A DNA stretch of 64,000 nucleotides from Eledone cirrhosa (lineage: Eukaryota), in contig OZ024740.1 of assembly GCA_964016885.1 (NCBI GenBank), forward strand, positions 283,960,001 through 284,024,000. Reading direction: 5' to 3'. The number at the start of each line of letters is the position of its first letter. The stretch's first letter is position 1. Under the pieces are notes generated by a model. The model had not been told where the DNA came from. It saw only the letters and a list, made by a program, of their open reading frames with translations, and did not search any database. Positions 27,901 through 38,639 of this stretch are shown one piece after another. The position numbers and the translations under genes are program-made.

Positions 27901-30900
27901 CATAAATTCCCCAAAGGTGAGGAGACTCCAAGGGTTAATCATGGAGAAATCCCACAAAAATCCACGGTCACCATGTCCACTATAGGGCAAAGTGCCTTCT
28001 CCCAGTTGTTCTCCAATCTACAAGAATAAGAATAATGATAATTTGTTTCTGAAATGCTGGTGTTGTTTATGTTTTTGTTTATTGCTATTTTGTGTGTGAG
28101 GATTGTATCTTTTTGTTGGATTTGCTTTTGTTGTTGTTGTGGATGTGGGTTTGGTTTTGTTTGGGATGATCTTGGTGTCAGTTGTGGTGTTAATGGGGCT
28201 AGCTGTGAGGGGTTGATGGTGGTGGTGATGAGGCTTTAGTTTTATTTTATTTTCCAGTTTTGAGTATTCCATTTTGAACTTATTGTTTTGTGCTATATTT
28301 GTGACAATGGCTATATTTGTACTATATTTGACAATGGCTATATTTGTACTATATTTGACAATGGCTATATTTGTACTATATTTGACAATGGCTATATTTG
28401 TACTATATTTGACAATGGCTATATTTGTACTATATTTGACAATGGCTATATTTGTGCTATATTTGACAGTGGCTATATTTGTACTATATTTGACAATGGC
28501 TATATTTGTACTATATTTGACAATGGCTATATTTGTACTATATTTGACAATGGCTATATTTGTACTATATTTGACAATGGCTATATTTGTACTATATTTG
28601 ACAATGGCTATATTTGTGCTATATTTGACAATGGCTATATTTGTGCTATATTTGACAATGGCTATATTTGTGCTATATTTGACAATGGCTATATTTGTAC
28701 TATATTTGACAATGGCTATATTTGTACTATATTTGACAATGGCTATATTTGTACTATATTTGACAATGGCTATATTTGTACTATATTTGACAATGGCTAT
28801 ATTTGTACTATATTTGACAATGGCTATATTTGTGCTATATTTGACAATGGCTATATTTGTACTATATTTGACAATGGCTATATTTGTGCTTTATTTGACA
28901 ATGGCTATATTTGTACTATATTTGACAATGGCTATATTTGTACTATATTTGACAATGGCTATATTTGTGCTATATTTGACAATGGCTATATTTGTACTAT
29001 ATTTGACAATGGCTATATTTGTGCTATATTTGACAATGGCTATATTTGTACTATATTTGACAACGGCTATATTTGTGCTATATTTGACAATGGCTATATT
29101 TGTGCTATATTTGACAATGGCTATATTTGTGCTATATTTGTGACAATGGCTATATTTGTGCTATATTTGACAATGGCTATATTTGTGCTATATTTGACAA
29201 TGGCTATATTTGTACTATATTTGACAATGGCTATATTTGTGCTATATTTGACAATGGCTATATTTGTGCTATATTTGACAATGGCTATATTTGTGCTATA
29301 TTTGACAATGGCTATATTTGTGCTATATTTGACAATGGCTATATTTGTGCTATATTTGACAATGGCTATATTTGTGCTATATTTGACAATGGCTATATTT
29401 GTGCTATATTTGACAATGGCTATATTTGTGCTATATTTGACAATGGCTATATTTGTGCTATATTTGACAATGGCTATATTTGTGCTATATTTGACAATGG
29501 CTATATTTGTACTATATTTGACAATGGCTATATTTGTGCTATATTTGACAATGGCTATATTTGTGCTATATTTGACAATGGCTATATTTGTGCTATATTT
29601 GACAATGGCTATATTTGTGCTATATTTGACAATGGCTATATTTGTGCTATATTTGACAATGGCTATATTTGTGCTATATTTGACAATGGCTATATTTGTG
29701 CTATATTTGACAATGGCTATATTTGTACTATATTTGACAATGGCTATATTTGTGCTATATTTGACAATGGCTATATTTGTGCTATATTTGACAATGGCTA
29801 TATTTGTGCTATATTTGACAATGGCTATATTTGTGCTATATTTGTGCTATATTTGACAATGGCTATATTTGTGCTATATTTGACAATGGCTATATTTGTG
29901 CTATATTTGACAATGGCTATATTTGTGCTATATTTGACAATGGCTATATTTGTGCTATATTTGACAATGGCTATATTTGTGCTATATTTGACAATGGCTA
30001 TATTTGTACTATATTTGACAATGGCTATATTTGTGCTATATTTGACAATGGCTATATTTGTGCTATATTTGACAATGGCTATATTTGTGCTATATTTGAC
30101 AATGGCTATATTTGTGCTATATTTGACAATGGCTATATTTGTGCTATATTTGTGACAATGGCTATATTTGACAATGGCTATATTTGTGCTATATTTGACA
30201 ATGGCTATATTTGTGCTATATTTGACAATGGCTATATTTGTGCTATATTTGACAACGGCTATATTTGTGCTATATTTGACAACGGCTATATTTGTGCTAT
30301 ATTTGTACTATATTTGACAATGGCTATATTTGTGCTATATTTGTGCTATATTTGACAACGGCTATATTTGTGCTATATTTGACAATGGCTATATTTGTGC
30401 TATATTTGACAATGGCTATATTTGTGCTATATTTGACAATGGCTATATTTGTGCTATATTTGACAATGGCTATATTTGTGCTATATTTGACAATGGCTAT
30501 ATTTGTGCTATATTTGACAATGGCTATATTTGTGCTATATTTGACAATGGCTATATTTGTGCTATATTTGACAATGGCTATATTTGTGCTATATTTGACA
30601 ATGGCTATATTTGTGCTATATTTGACAATGGCTATATTTGTGCTATATTTGACAATGGCTATATTTGTGCTATATTTGACAATGGCTATATTTGTACTAT
30701 ATTTGACAATGGCTATATTTGTGCTATATTTGACAATGGCTATATTTGTGCTATATTTGACAATGGCTATATTTGTGCTATATTTGACAATGGCTATATT
30801 TGTGCTATATTTGACAATGGCTATATTTGTGCTATATTTGACAATGGCTATATTTGTGCTATATTTGACAATGGCTATATTTGTGCTATATTTGACAATG

Positions 30901-33316
30901 GCTATATTTGTACTATATTTGACAATGGCTATATTTGTGCTATATTTGACAATGGCTATATTTGTGCTATATTTGACAATGGCTATATTTGTGCTATATT
31001 TGTGCTATATTTGACAATGGCTATATTTGTGCTATATTTGACAATGGCTATATTTGTGCTATATTTGACAATGGCTATATTTGTGCTATATTTGACAATG
31101 GCTATATTTGTGCTATATTTGACAATGGCTATATTTGTGCTATATTTGACAATGGCTATATTTGTGCTATATTTGACAATGGCTATATTTGTACTATATT
31201 TGACAATGGCTATATTTGTGCTATATTTGACAATGGCTATATTTGTGCTATATTTGACAATGGCTATATTTGTGCTATATTTGACAATGGCTATATTTGT
31301 GCTATATTTGACAATGGCTATATTTGTGCTATATTTGTGACAATGGCTATATTTGACAATGGCTATATTTGTGCTATATTTGACAATGGCTATATTTGTG
31401 CTATATTTGACAATGGCTATATTTGTGCTATATTTGACAACGGCTATATTTGTGCTATATTTGACAACGGCTATATTTGTGCTATATTTGTACTATATTT
31501 GACAATGGCTATATTTGTGCTATATTTGTGCTATATTTGACAACGGCTATATTTGTGCTATATTTGACAATGGCTATATTTGTGCTATATTTGACAATGG
31601 CTATATTTGTACTATATTTGACAATGGCTATATTTGTACTATATTTGACAATGGCTATATTTGTGCTATATTTGACAATGGCTATATTTGTGCTATATTT
31701 GACAATGGCTATATTTGTGCTATATTTGACAATGGCTATATTTGTGCTATATTTGACAATGGCTATATTTGTGCTATATTTGACAACGGCTATATTTGTG
31801 CTATATTTGACAATGGCTATATTTGTGCTATATTTGACAATGGCTATATTTGTGCTATATTTGACAACGGCTATATTTGTGCTATATTTGACAATGGCTA
31901 TATTTGTGCTATATTTGACAATGGCTATATTTGTGCTATATTTGACAATGGCTATATTTGTGCTATATTTGACAATGGCTATATTTGTGCTATATTTGAC
32001 AATGGCTATATTTGTGCTATATTTGACAATGGCTATATTTGTGCTATATTTGACAACCGCTATATTTGTGCTATATTTGACAATGGCTATATTTGTGCTA
32101 TATTTGACAATGGCTATATTTGTGCTATATTTGACAATGGCTATATTTGTGCTATATTTGTGACAATGGCTATATTTGTGCTATATTTGGCAACGGCTAT
32201 ATTTGTGCTATATTTGGCAACGGCTATATTTGTGCTATATTTGACAACGGCTATATTTGTGCTATATTTGACAACGGCTATATTTGTGCTATATTTGACA
32301 ATGGCTATATTTGTGATGTCTGTATTGATGTTAGTGAGAATGGGGATAGTGATGACATTGCTATTATTTTAGCTGTTATTCATTTGGCTGTTCTGTTCAG
32401 TGGGTGTAAAGCAGGTGTTTGCCTTCATTTGTAATTTTTTTAAAATCTTGGTGGCACAAATTTCGAATATAAAATTCAAATATTTGTCACCTTTCCAACA
32501 AAAATTATATCAAAACAAGCGTTTTAAAAAGGTAAAAATAATACTTATGAGAGTAAATCCACAACTCCACCACGTGCAAGTAATAATAATAATGATAATG
32601 ATAATCATCATCATTAGAGCAACAGACAAAATATTTTGCACTATTTATTTGGTGCCCTTTATATTCTTAGTTTAAATCCTATTGAGATCCACTTTTCCTT
32701 CCATCATACCAGAGTTGATAGAATGAAATGCCAGTCAAGTACTGGGGTTTATATAATCGACTAGCCCCTTTCCTTAAATTTCTGGCCTTCTGCCATCTGT
32801 TAAAAATTATTACTATTATTATTTATGTATAAGTCCTTTGTGGTTAATAAAAGAAGAGCAGAATGCTAGACTAGAGGCTTTATAGTATTTAGTTATGTCC
32901 CTTCGTGTTCTGGCTTCTAATTCTTTCGGGATGGATTTTTTTTTTCACCTCACTAGGTTTTATAGCCAGATAGTTTACCAAATGCCATTCACTTTAACTA
33001 CAAGTGGAACAGTTATCTATTTTTCATTTAACTCTACTGAGATAGGTAATATCTTGCTCAAAGAAACAATACTATATCTAAGTGTGGTTTGAACCATGGA
33101 TTCAATATTCTAAATCATTTAGTCACCATGCATTTCTATCAGTTCAGCATCAATCTATATACTGAAAATTGCAGTAAGCTAAAATATGTAACAAGAAAAA
33201 AAATACTCTCTTTTTTTTGTGTGTGTATTCATTGTTATACTACTGTCTTTCAGATCGACCCAAATCCTTCAACTCAATCCACCACAGTACGTTTTTTGGA
33301 AGATGGTCATTCATGA
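1834..33316 (+). CDS. ARRDC3: Alpha-arrestin / arrestin domain-containing protein (ARRDC3-like; ARRDC2/3/4/TXNIP group), 5'-partial. join(1834..1981,6164..6266,12868..13008,15888..16003,17236..17443,20000..20145,33254..33316)
   Basis: Manual splicing gives one open frame: GIATSFEGKHGSIRYWLKAEMDKPWAFNHKTKKAFTVISPIDINKPEYQ|IQVENNIEKTLCCWLCPSGPISITARTDRKGYCPG|ESIAISAEFDNWSSRTV...|...KIPAVSPSIMNCCVMKVDYFVK|VALHIPGSYNLTLQLPVVIGTVP...LPPPY...|EPPTYAE...RPPPAYSE|IDPNPSTQSTTVRFLEDGHS*. Motifs TSFEGxHGSxRY, KTLCCW, GYxPGESI, LPxVIGTxP and PPxYSEIDPNP are those of ARRDC3-type proteins. One-to-one orthology is not established. Confidence 0.92.
3446..3647 (+). mobile_element. piggyBac-like MITE (~200 bp)
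   Basis: TTAA-CCCTTTAGCATTTA ... TAAATGCTAAACAG-TTAA: terminal inverted repeats, CCC start, TTAA target duplication. Confidence 0.75.
4701..4903 (+). mobile_element. piggyBac-like MITE copy (another 3' piece at 5271-5330)
   Basis: Same internal sequence as 3446-3647; ends TAAATGCTAAAGGG-TTAA. Confidence 0.75.
6164..6266 (+). CDS. ARRDC3: ARRDC3-like coding exon (103 nt)
   Basis: Acceptor ttcattcag|ATT, donor CCAG|gtcagt; IQVENNIEKTLCCWLCPSGPISITARTDRKGYCP(G). Confidence 0.92.
6870..7305 (+). mobile_element. Decayed RTE-like LINE 3' remnant
   Basis: Degenerate 'IEVAQLRYxxxVVKMPxERIVxQILxxxPTGRxPRxRPPERWxD' reading with stops, followed by a gatggtgatg tail. Confidence 0.5.
8780..9010 (-). 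mobile_element. SINE with Meta-like central domain
   Basis: Reverse complement of GAGTTCAAATCC...TTTCATCCT...GGTCAATAAAATAAAGxACCAGT, as in the copies at 17.8, 26.7 and 48.4 kb. Confidence 0.7.
10066..10830 (-). pseudogene. RTE LINE reverse-transcriptase fragment
   Basis: GVYQGSVLSPLLF and LLYADDLVL RT motifs, then a Cys-rich CSIC...C..C..WVHKRC segment; truncated at (TA)n. Confidence 0.9.
10890..11470. mobile_element. Two RTE/SINE 3' tails in tail-to-tail orientation
   Basis: + copy ends (GAT)n at ~11210; - copy starts (ATC)n at ~11218; shared GGAAGGGCATCCAGCTGTAGAAA and AACCCATGCTAGCATGGAA blocks. Confidence 0.8.
11500..12426 (-). mobile_element. Non-autonomous Helitron
   Basis: Minus strand begins CTATATATAT and ends with hairpin CCCGTGCAACGCTGGG, 8 nt, then CTAG followed by T; internal sub-repeats (~12030-12128 / ~12320-12407) and an ACAG microsatellite. 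Confidence 0.75.
12868..13008 (+). CDS. ARRDC3: ARRDC3-like coding exon (141 nt, arrestin-C domain)
   Basis: Acceptor tttctag|GA, donor ACAG|gtatgt; (G)ESIAISAEFDNWSSRTVTPYASLHQTQAFFANGKSRVRRTKFTVLT(G). Confidence 0.92.
13640..13925 (-). mobile_element. RTE/SINE 3' tail fragment
   Basis: (ATC)n start, then reverse complement of the shared 3' UTR blocks. Confidence 0.75.
15294..15758. mobile_element. hAT (Charlie-like) MITE
   Basis: Termini CAGTATTTCCCAA / TTGGGAAACTG; 8-bp flanking duplication CTATAGAG / CTGTAGAG. Confidence 0.7.
15888..16003 (+). CDS. ARRDC3: ARRDC3-like coding exon (116 nt)
   Basis: Acceptor ttttgtag|GG, donor AAG|gtattg; (G)LPVSPGSGGMWESQLLKIPAVSPSIMNCCVMKVDYFVK. Confidence 0.92.
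15994..16117 (+). repeat. 41-bp tandem repeat x3 spanning an exon/intron junction
   Basis: TTTTGTTAAG|GTATTGCATTCCACCGTTTTATCAGTAATTT; AAG at 16001, 16042 and 16083. Confidence 0.95.
17236..17443 (+). CDS. ARRDC3: ARRDC3-like coding exon (208 nt; end of arrestin-C, first PPxY)
   Basis: Acceptor tttgtag|GTT, donor AAG|gtaagt; VALHIPGSYNLTLQLPVVIGTVPY...LPLPPPYRETVTPPPPFE. Confidence 0.92.
17815..18150 (+). mobile_element. Two adjacent Meta-like SINE copies
   Basis: TCAAATCCCGTCG.GGT.AACTTT.CCTTTCATCCTT.CG..GTCGA occurs at ~17845 and ~18074. Confidence 0.75.
18430..19108 (-). pseudogene. Tc1/mariner transposase relic
   Basis: Minus strand reads SEENVEHI...STVHDVLHK.LKL, FSDEATFHVSEKVNKQ...SQNPH, YQQD and DITPCDFFL*, matching the three DDD/E catalytic regions; has stops and frameshifts. 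Confidence 0.8.
19121..19290. repeat. (TA)n-flanked fold-back element, probable PLE pLTR remnant
   Basis: GC-rich inverted arms 19121-19163 / 19168-19209; unique tail containing ATTGAGTACTC; flanked by (TA)n on both sides. Confidence 0.75.
20000..20145 (+). CDS. ARRDC3: ARRDC3-like coding exon (146 nt; PPTY and PPAY motifs)
   Basis: Acceptor ccttgcag|AA, donor GAG|gtaaat; EPPTYAESVGGAVDIRDEDDDLTCNMGDLTYTPMYTYVYDYRPPPAYSE. Confidence 0.92.
20357..20770 (+). mobile_element. tRNA-derived SINE with RTE-type 3' tail
   Basis: A-box TGGCTTAGTAGTTAG and B-box-like GAGTTGAATTC; central TTGAGCAAGACACTTTA...GCTCCAGTTTACTCAGCTG; 3' part matches the RTE 3' UTR at 330-600. Confidence 0.85.
20945..23890 (+). 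mobile_element. Penelope-like retroelement (Neptune-type), 5'-truncated and frameshifted: RT + Cys linker + GIY-YIG, long C/A-rich 3' region, terminal hammerhead
   Basis: FTLDIKSLYTVIPH, FYQQVTGVAISTRMGTNYANLFVG, YGRYIDD, HTKHSIPYSQLLRIRRLCS, CSRPRCNTC...FRCTSSNLVY, YVGQT, RFTEHLRDI, ARHF; ORF remnant ends at ~22560; element ends at (TA)n. Confidence 0.9.
23773..23810 (+). ncRNA. Minimal hammerhead ribozyme motif of the PLE pLTR
   Basis: CTGAAGA-A-GGG-cttatg-CCC-GAAA-CGTC; stem I is weak. Confidence 0.7.
24020..24530 (+). mobile_element. RTE 3' UTR/tail fragment
   Basis: Repeated CCCAGxCCACACTGTAAAGTGG units and a (GAT)n end. Confidence 0.75.
24545..24878 (-). mobile_element. tRNA-derived SINE (same head as 20357-20770)
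   Basis: Reverse complement of GGCACATGGCTTAGTGGTTAGAGCATTGGCCTTGCAATCGAAAGG...; (GAT)n-like tail. Confidence 0.85.
25251..25286 (-). ncRNA. Degenerate minimal hammerhead motif (PLE pLTR remnant)
   Basis: Minus strand: ctt-CTGATGA-A-GAA-ttaacg-TTC-GAAA-CATT-gag. Confidence 0.5.
25960..26700 (-). pseudogene. Decayed RTE LINE RT fragment
   Basis: Homologous to 10066-10830 (QVSVLSFLLFIIV, TGCLWELL, GKWSCLICRK); many stops. Confidence 0.8.
26710..26890 (-). mobile_element. Meta-like SINE copy
   Basis: ACTGGTACTTTATTTTATCGACC.C..AAGGATGAAAGG.AAAGTTAACCTCGGCG.GATTTGAACTCAG. Confidence 0.75.
27760..32460 (-). mobile_element. Probable decayed non-LTR (L1/Tx1-like) remnant hosting the minisatellite
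   Basis: Minus strand ends AATAAAGAAATCATCATCATC; T/N/K-rich low-complexity reading on both sides of the array; no RT or EN motif seen. Confidence 0.35.
28290..32315. repeat. 27-bp minisatellite (~4 kb, ~148 units) in the last ARRDC intron
   Basis: Unit TGACAATGGCTATATTTGT(G/A)CTATATT, highly homogeneous with few indel variants. Confidence 0.99.
33254..33316 (+). CDS. ARRDC3: ARRDC3-like terminal coding exon with TGA stop
   Basis: Acceptor tctttcag|ATC, phase 0; IDPNPSTQSTTVRFLEDGHS* completes the conserved PPxYSE-IDPNP C-terminal signature. Confidence 0.88.
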   Translation: MDPNPSTQSTTVRFLEDGHS

Positions 33317-36300
33317 CGCTGAACAGTCAACATTGTGTAATATAGTCCACTATTGTTTGAGCTGGCCAGATAAATATTGCCATCTAAATTAAACTCTAAC
33401 TCACATGAGTAGCCTTTACTTGTTGGCTGTTGCTGGTCAATCTGTCTACAAGCTATGCTGACCAAGAAGAGTAATTCAAATGTATGTTATATATGCAGCT
33501 TTCTTTTATCCCTTCCCCCCCATTCCTCTAATGTAACTGGACTGACATACATTCATCACTGATTATCACAACAGAGGATTTTAACTCTTGAAAGAAAAGA
33601 AACAGATTTATGGATTAATGATTTAAACTTATACATTCTTTTTTTTTCTTTTTAAAATATTTTCATTTTCAAAAGACAATAATTGAAACATAAATACTAT
33701 TTCTATTCAAGAGAATGAAAAATCACTTATATTTCTAAGTTAAGCTATTCATTAAAATACAATAATTTTTCACTCATCAGTTATCTGATACCTTATATTT
33801 TTGAATTGATGCTTTTAAAAGTTGTACATTTGACTATTAACAGATGTATCAATATTTCATCTCTTATTTTAGAATATTATTTTTGTTATCCATGTCTAAC
33901 CCATGCCAGCATGGAAAAGCAGATGTAAAACGATGATGATGATGTTAATTGTAAAGTTAAAAATTCATCTTATCCACCATTCAAATGTAATCATTTTATT
34001 TATATTTGTATCCTCTATTTTCATTAATTAAATTTCACCAATCTGTCTATCTGCACATACATACAATTCTGTGCATGTGTATGCTAGCTAAACTTCTGAA
34101 TTAATAAACTTCTCAAGAGATCCTTAGTTTTCCAATATGTAAATAATAGTTAGTAGTTTTAATTAGGTTCTTATATCACACAACAAGTTATATTTCAGTT
34201 TGATAATACTGAAAATTAGTCCTAATCGTTAATTATTTGTTCCAGAAGACATTTTGTAAATTCTTTTCAGTTGTATATATAATTTAAAATTCTAAAAGCT
34301 CAGCAACCAAATTCTCCATAATTTAATTTACTATTTCTTTTGTTTTCTAAAATTTGAAATATCCAAAAAATGTTTGTAAAATTCTTTTCATGATCATACA
34401 TAATTTCTAACCATTGGGCTTAAATTCAATTTTATTTTGTTATCTCTTTTATATTGTAAAATGAAGAAGTAAAAATTGATTAAACTATTGGAATTTATGT
34501 ATATTTTGATAACAGAATCCATCACTTTGATGTTTATAAATAAGAATTATCTGTCTATCTATCTGTCTATCTTTCTATCTATCTAGTGACTAAATGGTTA
34601 CGTGTCAAATATTCACACACACCAAAAGGTATTTTTCTAATTTTATAAATTTTTTGGGTAGCTTACAAGGATACTATCAGGAATATTTTAATAGGGTCAC
34701 ATTAATTACTACTTGATATTGAAGGCTTATACCTCTACCTCTTAATAACATAGAAAGTAATCATTGCTAACAATATATAGTCATCATTCTATGTATACAT
34801 ATCCATTTACTTAGAAACTCTTTGTTTAAAGAAATGTATGGAATTAGCACTGATTTATTCAGTAATTCTTACCGAAATATGAGAATCATTGATGGCTTAC
34901 AAGAAGTCTATGATATTTGACACATGATGAACTTATAATTTGAAAGAGCAGTAGCGTATTTGACTATATGCCTTACTGTATTTAGTTTTAATTCTCTATG
35001 TGCTGAACTTAATCCCCACTGAGGCTGACATTACCTGTTACACTCTTTGTTTGATAAATATGTGTACCATATGTGCATGGCTGGTTGATTCGACTAGCTA
35101 TATGCTCCTCTCTTAAAATGTGGTTTTTGTAGCAATGTAAAAAAAAAAAAATCAACCTTTATAAACTTTTTTTTTTTTTTTACTGAATCTAAAGTCAAAT
35201 ATAATTGAAAATATATAATCTGAAATATAACTTTCATTTCCAGCAGTGATATATAAATATAATTTCCTCTAAATGTTGGATATTTCTGTAAATTAATTAG
35301 ACTTATGTAAATATATATATATATAATAATCTACATGTATTGTGTCTTAAATATTTAAACTATCAGTTTATTTATTTGCCACAATGAAAGTGGTAATTTT
35401 AATGCTGAAAGTTTATTATTGTCAGAGGGAAAGCTGTCTTTATATTGATATAACATCTTTACCTACATTTCTGTTTAATATAAACAACTTTTAAAATTCA
35501 AAAAACATATTTTTATTTTTTAAAATCTCAGTTAGTCATTTGTATATGATTTCAATTGCATTCTTGAAAACAAAACAAAAAAAAATTAATGTCTGCCATT
35601 GTTACCCCACTGATGTTCTCAATATATTTTCCATTTCAAATTTAACTATCTAGCACATTATATAAATATATATATTTTCTTAATGTGCAACTTATTTTCT
35701 AAATTCACAGGTATTGAATATTTTTTTTAAATGTCTTTCTTTATCTGTTATATGAGAAAAATGGACCAGAACCCTCTCCTAATAATTTAAAGAAGAAAAC
35801 AAAAGATAGTTTTCTTTTTCAAATTTATAAATTATAATTCAAGAAAAATAGTTACTTGTGTTGAATATATTGTCAAATTGGCATTGAACATATTTAATTT
35901 TTTTTACTTCAGTCAATTTTAAAGACTTGATGCTGCCTGCTGCTAATCTCTCACACTTTTGGTTTCAACATCATTGGTCTAAAATTGAAAATATTGAAAT
36001 TTTAAACCAAGCCTTATTTCATTTCAGAAAAGCAAGTAACTTGCAATGATTTTTATTAAGTTTAATCTAAAAAACTTCCCATATGCAGTTAATTTATTGT
36101 AGCTGAGAATTTGTGAAATAATCCAATCTACTCTAATTATTTTTAAGCTAGTTGTTGATTTAAAAGCAAATGCTTATATTATTTAAAATATTTTTTTTTT
36201 CAATAATTTTCTCTGTCAATATGTAAATATATTTGTATAGAAATGCTTTCAATTGTTCCAACAACACTATTACACTATTATTTTTTACAATGCATTTGTA

Positions 36301-36661
36301 AAACAAATGAAGTCAAACTGTAACCACTGGGTTACAATTTAGAAACAAAAATGGGAAGGGGGTACTTTGTGTTGTTTGATCTTATGTCTGTAAATTTCAT
36401 ATTTTAATGTAAGGTATATTTATAATTATAAATCTCACTTAAATGGAAGACAGAAAAAATCCATAGCTGGAATTAGTCAAACAATAGTTTCTATATATAA
36501 ACTGGACCCACTTTACAGTCAAATTTGTCATAAAGTAATAAGAGCTATTCTTAATTAATTTTCTGTCAATTTTGTAACAAGCTTCTTCTTTTTTTAATTA
36601 TTATTTTAACTTAAGTTTCAAAAAGTCACTTCTATTACTTTTCCTCCACTTTAATATGTGT

Positions 36662-36816
36662 ATATTCTTTATTATGACTAAGTGGTGAGTCTTGTTACTC
36701 TGGAGTTTCACCTGTATACTCATAGGATCATCAAACAAGAGTGTCTGATGATCTTGTGAGTACACAGGCAAAACTCCAGAGTAACATGATTCACTACATA
36801 GTCATAATATAGAATA
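36662..36816. repeat. Fold-back palindrome made of two head-to-head hammerhead copies
   Basis: Arms ~36662-36737 / 36742-36816 around the spacer AGAG. Confidence 0.9.
36742..36786 (+). ncRNA. Type I hammerhead motif, mutated (inverted copy at 36693-36737)
   Basis: TGT-CTGATGA-TCTTGTG-AGTA-CACAGGC-AAAA-CTC-CA-GAG-TA-ACA; the minus copy has GAAA but TTGATGA. Confidence 0.75.
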
Positions 36817-38639
36817 TTTAATTCTACTTCAGTATTGAGTACTCATTCTCACGTCTGTCAATATCACATGGATATATATAATGTCCAACCCTTGCTAACA
36901 GGGAGAACGGACAGTAAATGATGATGATATATATAAATCAAAAATAAAAGCAACTTATATATGGTCTATATATTCATTTAATTAAAAAGCATATGTTGTT
37001 CAATGTTTGTGTATGTGTGTGAGAGAGATAACTGAAGTTATATGTGGCTTCAAAATACAAGATGAGAACTGAACAACAAAAGTAATGAAATTCAGCAAAC
37101 ACAATGACTAGAAACAGTTTTTAATATGGCTCTTATTGCTTTGGTTGATGTATTTTATTTTTGTTTGAATAAATTGCATATTTTTTCTATTTTTGTCTTT
37201 CACTGGTTAGTTTTTCTGTAATATCTGTGTATAATGTATACTTCATACCTGAAAGTATCTTAATCTTTATAACTCTGCCATTCATCCTTGTATTGAGTAC
37301 TCTTGCCAAATCTGGTCTGGTGCTTCTTTTGTACAGCTTGAGAGTCTGGATAAAATCTAAAGAAGAATAATCAACATTATTGGTCCTGACTTATATCAAC
37401 TTCAGTCACTATCACACCATTGAAATATTGCCTCCCTGTGCCTTTTCTATAAATGTTCTCATGGAAATTGTTCTGATGAGCTTTCTTCTTTGTTGCCACG
37501 TCTTCATCAGTACCAGATTTGCAGCTAGGTCTCATCCCTTTACAGTTGAAGTTCCTGGAATTCTCTTCTGACTTCTTGCTTCCCTGACCACTACAATTTG
37601 CAAAAATTCAAAAGCAACATCAATCATTATCATCTCTATTCTTGAACTATTTTCTCTTCTCAGAAACTCTTTGCATTTTGGTGACTTTATTGCCTTGCTT
37701 GGGGTGGGGGAAAATATCTGCTTAATAAAAATTAATCAAAATATGGACAAGATGCTAGACTACTGACCTTAATATATATGACCTGTTTACTGCAGCTCTT
37801 AGGGAAGGTATGAGTCTACATTGTTCCTGTTTGTCTGACTGACAAAAATGGGTTCATGATTGAGTATATTGTGACAGAAAGACTAAACATGATTTTATTC
37901 AGCTATTTTGCTTTTGTTTATCATTATCGTTAATTTATTAATAACTGAGACTCCCGATATGTTAAGAAATATGTTGATGGCTGTCAGCATGTTCCACCCT
38001 CCTACCCCTCTCCAAATTCTTCCTGAAGAGGGCTCTCCCACCTGCCCATGTGATATGCTACTTACTAGGTAATGATAATCAAAGTCATAACCATATTATA
38101 TATTCCCCATTGGTGGCCAGAAAATTAGCTAAACTATCTTTTGGGATAGACATAGGTTCTGTTGGCCACAGGTAAGGCAGCCTGCCTAAGAGAGCAGTAA
38201 CACTGATGAAATAAAGCTGTATAGGGTAGACATTGACACTGTAAACTGCATTGAAGGAGAACAGTCATTCCAAATATATGATTGCATGGGGTAGATGTAA
38301 AGTTGTTGGTGCTAAGAAGGGCATCCAGCCTGAAAGCTTCTGAAAAAAAAACGTGACTAGCACAACATATAGTATATAATGATTTTGTATACAAGGCTAA
38401 CTTGAACCATGTTAGAGCTGAATATGGTAGTAGGGGTAAGTAGCCAAGCCTAGTGGAAGGGAGCTACAGTAGGAGGCCAAGTAAGACTTAGGCAGAGGTT
38501 GGAAGAGCTGATCTCAAATCACTGAAGCTCATAGAAGATCCAATGAGTGGAAAGATGTGATGTGGGGAAAGACTTGTCTAATCCATGCTAGCATGGTCAA
38601 ATGGACGTAAAACAATGATGATAATATACACATACATGT

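Noticed and set aside
28274-32434. Long ORFs (MAIFVLYLT)n / (DNGYICAIF)n, and the array as a CRISPR
   Set aside because: Translation of a 27-bp unit that happens to lack stops in some frames; frames switch at indels; no unique spacers or cas genes; intronic.
38020-38060. CCTGAAGAGGGC...GCCC hammerhead-like start
   Set aside because: No GAAA/NUH half follows; at most an unrecognisable remnant.
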